DNA of 64,000 bases from the human T2T-CHM13v2.0 reference genome, Homo sapiens. Below the pieces are notes generated by a model that saw only the letters and a list, made by a program, of their open reading frames with translations, did not search any database and was not told the origin of the DNA. How positions within the stretch are numbered: position 1 is the first letter of the stretch; each line of letters starts with the position of its first letter. A program made the translations under genes and the position numbers. Below, one piece after another: positions 54,903 to 64,000 of the stretch. The stretch lies in assembly GCF_009914755.1 (NCBI RefSeq), contig NC_060931.1; one strand, written 5' to 3'.

Positions 54903-57900
54903 AAGTATTTATGTATTTTTGAGCATATCCTATTTGCAATGTCCAGATATTGACAATATAGTAAATATGCCTACAAAGATGTAGAAGGTGCAGTTATTGT
55001 CTTTAAAGAACATTAAGTCTTGCAAGGAAAGATAATATAAGCATACTAATACCGATAGAGCAAGTCTCTTAAGAGTAGAACAAAGAAAGTGCTAAAGGAA
55101 CTTCACTCCTTCTAGGTCTAGGGCCCCAGGGGTGCAATTCAGCTAACAAGAGGGCATAAATTCTAACTTTGTTCCACTCTACATTCTCAGATGACAGGGC
55201 TAGAAGTCTACTCCCATTGAGATCTATGGCTTTTTCTATACGAAAAAAAAAAAAATGACTTATTCTCTGACAACATGGACTCCTATTTGGCTTGGTTAAC
55301 CTGCTGTCACTTCCCTTAGGAGGATAATTGAAGTGAAGGAAGTTGCATGTAGCGAGCCAGAGGTTTGCAACTAGGAAATTCTTAGATTTGGGCGCATATG
55401 TAGCCTTTCATGTACAAAGTTCTCATTTTAACCTACCTCAGGCTACCCGGCTTTACTGATTTATAGTTAATTAGGATTGAGATTTTCATTGAAAATTTGA
55501 ATACTTATATGCTTTTTTGTATGCATTTCAGATCATGTTGGCTGAAGCAAATAATTGTAACAGCACTCAAGAAATGAATGAATACCACAGGGAAGAGCTT
55601 CAACCACCACTGCCCCTGACAACCTGTAAGTAAATCCTGCTGTGTTCCCTGTTCACAGAAATATCTTTCTGACATCACTTGTGATAGCTGAAAGATTTCT
55701 TTCCTATCAGCTAACAAAATCCCAATACCATTTCCTCACTTTTAAGCCATCTCTCAAAACTCCTTAAGAAAGTTTCTGTTGTTTGCTGTTAGACTTTTAC
55801 TCTAGTCAGACCATATAGACGCTTAGTTATTATATATGTGTCCAAGTTCCATTATGATAAATGAACAGCAATTGGGAAGAAGGTTGAGAGAGGAAATCCA
55901 TATTAATTATGGCAAAGAAGGCAGAATATATTGTTCTGAGAATGATTCAATGACATTACACCATTGTGCATTCAAGCCATTTGATAAATACAGAATTCTA
56001 GCAAAGAAAGAAGGTCTTCATTCTTACTTTTAAAAAGGAAAAGCCTAAAAGATCTAGTTGCATCTTTTAAATATGTCATTGAATAGCTGTTAATGAGATA
56101 AGACTTTCTTCATTACTAATGGTCAAGAAAACAAAATAGAATCAAGTCCAAACTACCTACAACTGATTTAATTTGTCTGTATACAAAAGAAACAGCTCTT
56201 GAAAAATAGCTAACTGATCAGGTCCAGAGATGCCTTTTATAAGCTATTGAATCTTTTCTGTCTCTTACTTAGCACTTTGCTGCTTATACACTGTTAATGA
56301 AAATATTTTACATGTTTGGATGCCTGATGTGAAAATATTTCTGTTGTAGTTGAACTTAAGAAACTACATGAATTCACATGTTATTTCAGTCATCAAATTA
56401 GAATCTTATGGCAAGGAAATGTTTTACCTGTAGATTTATAATTAACACATTAATTTTTAAAAATTTACCAGAATATTATTATTAAGATTCCTTAAGAAAA
56501 GATATAGCTTCAAAAGTATCTGAAAGATGGGTAAGCTAGATATTTTGCCTTTCAGAAGCTGAAATTAATGAGACCCCATAGAAAAATAGGAATTTTCTGA
56601 TTTCCAAACTGATCTCCTGCCTTCTTTTGATGTTTGCTATGTGTAAGATTATTTGCATGCTACAATAACCTGTAAAATAATGACTAATTGAAAAATCACA
56701 ATATAACGTGTTTGTCATATATTACTACATTATATAAACAGTGTTAAACATGTTAACTTTGTTCCATTTTCTGAAAAAAAAATCTAAATGTATTCTTCTA
56801 TTCACTTAATTCTTGATTCCTCAGTGAGAAGCAGCTTCTACAGACTTACAGAAATGGGTACCTAAATATCACTGAACATTAGCTTAATATAGAGAATTTT
56901 CCACCTGAGGAGATGCCTTTTTCTCACTAACTTGACACTTCACCTCTTAAGATTTATAGTTCTTAACTAAAACTGGAAGTAATTGTTTTGTTAACTGTAA
57001 GAGAAAAATCCTGATTCTATGATTGAGAAGTGAAAATGTCCTCATTGTTTATAGTTTTTGACTAAAAAAGAAATCTGAAGACTAAGGATCTATAATTGGT
57101 TCAGCCTCCCCTAACTGGTGGCAATTACGTTGTATGAGTACACGTTACCGTTAGCCAGTCAGAACAACCACCCCTCAAACACAACATATATACCACACAC
57201 ACTGTTGTTCTCTTTTAAATAAAAGGTGTATGTCCTGTGATCAGTAATTTCTGAGAATTAAGTTGTGCATCTGTGAATAGTAGGTTTAAAACAGAGAAGA
57301 TGATGGTGCAATACAGCACATTATTTTGTGACTTTTTAAACCCGGAATTAAGCCTGACATGAATATAGGCTATTCGTTATTGTTTTCCAACCCATTGTTA
57401 GTCTGCATTCTTATTGTTGTGTTTAGGCAGAGTTCTGAGTGATATGTTGCAGCCTTCTTTTCTCTAGAATACCAAGAGAACAGTTCTGTAATTTGCCTTC
57501 CTTTTTGACAATTAGCAGAAATGTCCATTGGGTCATTACATTTGAATCCTGAGAATTATATTCTCTCAAATGTCACTATGCACCACGAGGCTGTAGATGT
57601 TGTTTCAGCAGCTAAAACCAGCTCATGACTCAGGAACCAGCATAACATCTCAAGACCATAAGTGGACCTCTCCAAGATGGTTGCTGTTGCCACACTCCTG
57701 GATTTTGTAGTGGCTGAGGTAACCCCTCTCTGACGTTGTTTGAGACTATTTCCGTAAAATACATCCAGTGATTTCAAATTGTGTTGCAACAAACTTTTAG
57801 GGGATATTGGGATATCTACAATGCAGAGTACAGAGACACCTGAAGCAAGTCAAGGGTTTATTCTTAGGGGAGAGAGATTATGATTTATATTTTTTCTTAA

Positions 57901-57985
57901 AAGCATTAATATATGTTTGTCAGGGAATAAGTAATAGAAGCTTAGGTAAAAAGGTAATGATGATTTTAGGTGGTGGGTACTATAA

Positions 57986-58292
57986 TTTTTTTTTTTATTT
58001 TTTGAGACAGAGTCTCGCTCTGTCGCCCAGGCTGGAGTGCAGTGGCACAATCTCGGATCTCGGCTCGCTGCAAGCTCTGCCTTCCAGGTTAATGCCATTC
58101 TCCTGCCTCAGCCACCCGAGTAGCTGGGACTACAAGCGCCCACCACCACGCCCGGCTAATTTTTTTGTATTTTTAGTAGAGACGGGGTTTCCCCGTGTTA
58201 GCCAGGGTGGTCTCGATCTCCTGACCTCATGATCCGCCCTCCTCGGCCTCCCACAATGCTGGGGTTACAGGTGTGAGCCAACGCGCCCGGCC
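57986..58292 (-). mobile_element. AluY-like
   Basis: Y diagnostics gcaagctc, gccattctc, gtgttagccagg, ctcgatctcc; many CpGs retained; internal atctcgg duplication. Confidence 0.92.
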
Positions 58293-58499
58293 TATAAAAT
58301 ATTTTTTGTTTGTTAATAGTCCAGTTAAGTTTCTTTTTTCCTATTTGAACTCTTTAGTTCATTTCTGTTCTTTCTTTTCTATTATTTTCTTTCTTTAACT
58401 CATGGCATACTTTTAGCACAAGGCTTGTACTTCTGCCCTGATTTTGAGATTTATTTCTGTCATTTACTTGATATGTGCTTAGAAATGAAGACGGAGGTC

Positions 58500-58660
58500 G
58501 TAGAATGAATACAGGATTTAGAGTCAGATTACCAATTATTACATTCACTGTCCTCATGAACCAGGGAAGGTCACTTTATTCCTCTCCAAGCTCTATGGCC
58601 TCATCCAAAAAATGAGGATGCTGGAAAGAATGGATTATCCCTAAGGTCTTTTCCTGTACT
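58500..58660 (+). mobile_element. MIR3-like SINE
   Basis: ggatttagagtcaga...gggaaggtcacttt...aaaatgaggatgctgg...ctaaggtctttt. Confidence 0.65.
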
Positions 58661-58909
58661 AAAGCCCTTCAATGCTATTAACCCAAGTGCTGATATTCTA
58701 TATGGATTGGCTTCAATCTGGAGGAATATCAAGAATTGGACAACACATAACTTGTCTATTTACTAGAAGATAAATGAGATCTCATCATTGGTATTGACAT
58801 CTCCACTGATAGCTTTTATCTATATTGGTAATCATATGCCCTGAGTTTCAATGCTATTTAAAATCTCTTGGTAAATGTAGTTGACAATGTCGTTTAAAAT
58901 CTCTCAGTA

Positions 58910-59135
58910 AATGTAGTTACCACAGGCTTTGGTATCAGAAAGGCATGGGCTTGAATTCTGAACTGTAAAGTTATTAGCATTGAGGTTATTCAGCAATCTG
59001 AGCTTTTTCTGTAAATTAGGAATAATTCCTACTCCACAGTCATTTTAGTGGGTATTACGAAAATGTGCATAAAGCATCTAGCACAGTGCCTGGCATAAAA
59101 ACATATATTTAAGATGAGAATTATTTATTGTTATT
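58910..59135 (+). mobile_element. MIR SINE
   Basis: caggctttggtatcaga...ctgtaaattaggaataat...aaagcatctagcacagtgcctggcata. Confidence 0.8.
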
Positions 59136-61155
59136 GGTATTACTAATGAAAATTATATTTATTCTTAAAAATATAATTTGAAAAGAAAATAGAGAGTATG
59201 AATATAAGAGTGTGGGTGATAGGGAATAAGTGCTATCAATGGATACTACAACTGTAGAATATGAAAAATCTTATCTACTATAAAACATTCTCTAAGTTAG
59301 GATGGAAAATGCCATGTTAGCACTCCCCCCACCATCCTCCATGGCAGATATCATTAAAAGTAATCATCCTAATGAGCTTGGACATGGCCCTAGAACCCTC
59401 CTAATCTTAGTGCCTATTGGAAGCACTCAAGATAAAACTTAATTTACCATATCTGGCCTAGATCTAGGCTTCACCTAGATTCTAAAAATAAAAAATCAAA
59501 AAGGCAAGAAACTCTGAATGAGGAATGTGCATGTACTGGGGATAAAATTTTGCAAAATAAAATGTAAATTAAGTCACAGTTACTATAATTGCCTGCCTCG
59601 CCTTATTTTTGAATCTCTAGAATTTTTTCATTAGCAAATAACTCAAAATTAGTTGCAAAATTGTGCTTAAAATAACATTGTAAATCACTCTATAGGGCAT
59701 TCCTGGACATATTCATTAATCAAACTAATTTATTGAAAACCCTTATTTTGTATGAGTCACTGTGATTTTATAAATGTAATGGTACCTTTAACACAGTTCT
59801 TGAAAGTAACTGTTTTGGAATTTGGAACATCATTTTGTATAAAAGAAGAAAAGGGATCAGTAACTTCAGAAATTCTGACTCTATGTAGAAATATATCCTG
59901 GAGAACTACAAAATAAACATGGACAACATTGCAGATATTTTATGGCTACATGGCAAGTTCAAAACACTTTTCATCTTCTCACTCTTATTTGAACAGCCTT
60001 GCAGCAATACTGACAATTGAGAATAGTGTAGAATGTTCAGTTGAAGGCTGCTTCAGAAAGCTAAAGCACTACTAGAATAAAAAAGAGTCATAATTGAATG
60101 AAATGAAGGGTAATTTAAGGTATCATAGTTAGTAAGAAAAAAAATCTGAATTCGGTTTAACCTGTCTACCCTCTTTTTTGAAACAAAAATTACGTCTTCT
60201 AAAACATTATTAATTTATCACCCTTGTTAATAAAGTTTCAATTTGCAGAGAATTTTATACCTTGTATCTTACTCCCTAATACATGTGGTATAAGTGAGTG
60301 AATAGCATATTTGGTATTTTGAAATATCTCTTAGTGGATTTAAAATAGATTATATTACAATTGATTAGATATAATTATCTAAAAAGACACTTGCCATTGT
60401 TTTATATAATTGCAAGTAGAAATTTACCAAATTTGAAATTGTTTTAATAGTTGAAAAGTGATTATAATGTACTTTCTTTTCCAAAACTAATTGGAGGTTA
60501 ACTACACAGCAAATCAAATACTGATTTTTTGACAGTACATTTGATAAGGATATTTTTAATGAAAGTATTTTAGAGCAGTGATCATAGGCCTGTCAGATTT
60601 TGATGGCAGCTGTAAAGTGATTGAGGCTGGTCAGGTGATAGAAAATGTGTGAATACGCTTCCTCCATTTTGCTGTAGTTAGGTCAGAATTAGTTGTAGTA
60701 ATGAATGTCCTGGAGTGTAATTTCAAATGTAATGGATGATGTGTGAAAGAAAAGAAAACGCTGCTGCTTCTTCTTTTAAATAATTTTTTTAATGGAGCAG
60801 CTAGTAGATGCTAGAACTATTCATTACTGTGTAATTTAACTCTTTCAATAATTTTCTGTGGTTAGTTCCACTATCTGTATTTGATAGCTATGGAAATTGA
60901 AACAGAAAAATTTAGAAACGTACCTAAGTTACAGACCATACGTTCATAATATTCTCCTGGTTCACCATGTTCTGAACAGTCTGACTGCCACTTTCAGCTT
61001 CCCAAATACATGAAGTGCTCTCTCATGGGCTTTATAGTTTCCTCTATGTGGCATACCCTTCTCTTGGATAGTACTAAAACTGGTTCATTCCTGTCTTTCA
61101 GGTGTCACCTCAACACTCATCTCCTTAAAGAGGCCTCCCTTGACTATGATATTTG

Positions 61156-61464
61156 TTCTTTGTTTTGGCAGGGGAGGTTTGAGACAGTGTCTCACTTAGT
61201 TACCCAGATAGGAATGCAGTGGTGCAATCATGGCTCACTGCAATCTCAACCTCCCAAGCTCATGCCATCCTCCTACCTCAGCCTCCTGAGTAGCTGGGAC
61301 TATAGGCATACCCAACTGTGCCTGGCTATTTTTTGTATTTTTTGTAGAGACATGGTGTCTCACTATGTTGCCCAGGCTGGTCTCGAACTCCTAGCCTCAA
61401 GAAATCCTCCCACCTCAGCCTCCAAAAGTGTGGGGATTACAGGTGTGAGCCACTGCACCCAGCA
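61156..61464 (-). mobile_element. AluJ inserted in an L2 fragment
   Basis: J diagnostics (gtctcactatgttgcccagg); TSD gactatgatatttg / gactatgctatttg. Confidence 0.9.
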
Positions 61465-61552
61465 GACTATGCTATTTGAATGAGCTCACCAGCCAACTTC
61501 ATTCCTTCACAATAACACTCTGAATACTGCCTTCAGAGCTATATCTTAATCT

Positions 61553-62283
61553 TCATGGGCTGAATTGTGTCCACCCCCCTCCCCACATTCATTTGTTGAA
61601 GTCCTAACCCACAATACTTCTGTGTTAGTCTGCTTTCATACTGCTGATAAAGACATACCTGAGACTGGGCAATTTACAAAAGAAAGAGGTTTAATGGACT
61701 TACAGTTCCACATAGCTAGGGAGGCCTCACAATCATGGCAGAAGGTGAAAGGCACGTCTCATGTGGCAATAGACAAGCAAAGAGAGCTTGTGCAGGGAAA
61801 CTCCCCTTTTTAAAGCCACCAGATCTTGTGAGACTTATTGGCTATCATGAGAACAGCATGGGAAAGACCTGCCCCCATGATTCAGTAACCTCCTATAGGG
61901 TCCCCCCCAACAACACATGGGAGTTCAAGGTGAGATTTGGGTGGGACACAGCCAAACCATGTCAACTTCCAAATGTGGATGTATTTGGAGATAGAGTTTT
62001 TAAAGAGGGAATTAAGGTAAAATGAGGTTGTATGAGAGGGTCTTAATCCAATGTTAATAATGAAGAGATTAGGACACAGACACACGCAGAGGAAAGACCA
62101 TGTGAAGACAAGAAGAGAAGATGGCCATCTATAAGCCAAGGAGAGATGCCCTCTGAAGAAACCAACTCTGCTGACATCTTGATCTTGAAATTCTAGCCTC
62201 CAGAACTGTGATGAAATAAAGTTCCTTGTTTAAGCCACCCAGGCTATGCTACTTTGTTGTGTCAGCCCTAGCAAACTAATACA
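61553..62283 (+). mobile_element. MLT1A-like LTR split by THE1
   Basis: atgggctgaattgtgtcc...gaagtcctaaccc | tatttggagatagag...gcaaactaataca. Confidence 0.85.
61621..61964 (-). mobile_element. THE1 (B/C) solo LTR
   Basis: ctgctgataaagacatacctgagactggg...gacacagccaaaccatgtca; 5-bp TSD acttc (61616-61620, 61965-61969). Confidence 0.93.
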
Positions 62284-62929
62284 TCGTTGTTTTCTTCGAT
62301 TTATTTTCCATTGCCCCACTTCTAGAAAATTGAATCCTAGATGCAAAAAGACTTCGTCTTATTTCCAATAATTTTCCCAGTGCCTGACAATGTGGCTGGC
62401 ATTTACTGAGTTCTCAACAAATTATCTCTGGATAAAAGAATGACAGATTGCAAAGCTAGAATGGACCCCCATATTTGCCTAAATCTAAATCTGATTCTCT
62501 TCCTCTATTTACCATATGCCTTCTGTAAACAGGCTACACCAAAGGTCTCTTATAATTAAAAAAAACAAGCAGGTTCTGACTTCCAGTTATCCACATAGAG
62601 GCATTTTAGTACAAGAATTCAGGATTTGAAATGTGGACACTTTTATCCCAATACTTGGGAAACAAGAGGAGCTACAGACTCCTCACTTGTGTACTCGACA
62701 TGGAGAAGGACAGAATTTACACTCCACAGCATCAGTGTTAGAGCATCTCATGAAACAATCTGGAACAGTTGATATGCTCCTGAACATAGTTAATATGATA
62801 CTAATAACTCAGGGATCACTGAAATGAAGAAGGGCATCTGTGTATCTAGTTATGAGGAACTGGAAAAGACAGAGGACGGGAAATGAGACAGGCTCTGAAA
62901 TAGTTAGCTCAGACATCATTTTACCCAGA

Positions 62930-63140
62930 TGATTCTCCTTAACCTCCTATATTATTTGCTTCTAGAGCAGTCTGTGTATATTTTTTATTATACTGTTCAC
63001 CACATTGTAGTGACATTACATGTTTATACACATTTCTACCACCAGAATTGTATTGTTCAGTTATCATTTATTATTTATTTTTGTATCTCCAGCACTTACC
63101 ATAGAGCCTATCATATAGTTGGTGCCAAATAAGTGCAGCA
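62930..63140 (+). mobile_element. L2 3' end
   Basis: ttgtatctccagcacttaccatagagcctatcatatagttggtgccaaataa. Confidence 0.65.
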
Positions 63141-63308
63141 TAATCTGAAATTGATACGAAGAATATCCAGTATACTTATATGATATAAAGCAGCCAAAAA
63201 GTGCACGTATCATTATTTACTTTGTTCTTGTTTCTTACATTCCATCTTGTTATTAATAGAGGGCCACTAATTATAAATTCTTTTACAGATATAGATATTA
63301 TTGAAACT

Positions 63309-63735
63309 TGGTTGACCATTGAACAACGTGAAGGTTAAGAATGCCAATCCTTGCACAGATGAACACATGAGTATAACTTTGGCTCCCCCAAAACTTAACT
63401 ACTAATAGCCTACCATTGACCAGAAGCCTTATCAATAGCATAAACAGTCAATTAACACATATTTCATGTATTATATACTATATTCTTACAATAAAGTAAA
63501 CCAAAGACAAGAAAACGTTATAAAGAAAATCATAAAGAAGAGAAAATATATTTACTATTAATTAAGTGGAAGTGGAGCATCATAGAGGTCTTCATTCTCT
63601 CTATACATTGATTGAGGAGGAGGAGGAGGAAGAGAAGGAGTCGATCTTTTCGTCTCAGAGGTGGCAGAGTCAGAAGAAAATCCATATATAAGCAGATCTG
63701 TACAGTTCAAACTTAGTGTTGTTCAGGGTCAGCTA
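63309..63735 (-). mobile_element. Tigger2a-like non-autonomous DNA transposon
   Basis: TIRs gttgaccattgaacaac / gttgttcagggtcagcta followed by TA; homologous to 47529-48004. Confidence 0.88.
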
Positions 63736-64000
63736 TATATATCTCCGATGCTAGTCTTTTTCCCATTCAATGATCTCCTGACTTCCTCATGCGTGATTAA
63801 AGACACATTTATTCTGAAATTTTTCTATTACTTCCTTCAAAGGCAATATTAGATTATAGACAAGTGTCTCAGATAAGTCCCTCAGTCCCTCAGAGGTTGG
63901 CTAAGAGTTCAGCCTCACACAAATAACCTAAATGTCATAACTCAGTCTGGTATCATGACCTTGCCATTCACTCTAGTTCAGCTTGTCACTTAGAGTCTCT

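Noticed and set aside
57807-58232. 141-aa ORF and similar ones (5992, 8525, 27447, 51687, 61010)
   Set aside because: Read through antisense Alus ('[11 protein letters not shown]', '[10 protein letters not shown]'), a known artefact

Overview
AT-rich, CpG-poor primate genomic DNA, intergenic or deep-intronic. Alu J/S/Y, L1PA, THE1 and MADE1 point to an anthropoid, and the AluY suggests a catarrhine. I find no supportable protein-coding gene, RNA gene or CpG island. The ORF track consists of L1 ORF2 remnants, antisense-Alu ORFs and chance ORFs. Roughly half of the window is recognisable interspersed repeat: nested old L1M stacks at 0.3-11 kb and 44-53 kb, seven Alus, L1PA/PB 3' ends, MaLR/ERVL LTRs, an LTR-int-LTR MLT1 remnant, two Tigger2-type and two MADE1 elements, MIR and L2. 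All subfamily calls are from recall of consensus sequences and need RepeatMasker/Dfam confirmation. I see no evidence for a new biological system. The most unusual signals are structural. (1) Several local templated copies of nearby sequence, two of them embedded in TA-rich tracts. (2) Two consecutive L1PA7-like pieces lying 6.9 kb apart in permuted order. (3) A twin-primed L1 that contains a copy of its own flank. There are also a few candidate splice sites in repeat-poor DNA.
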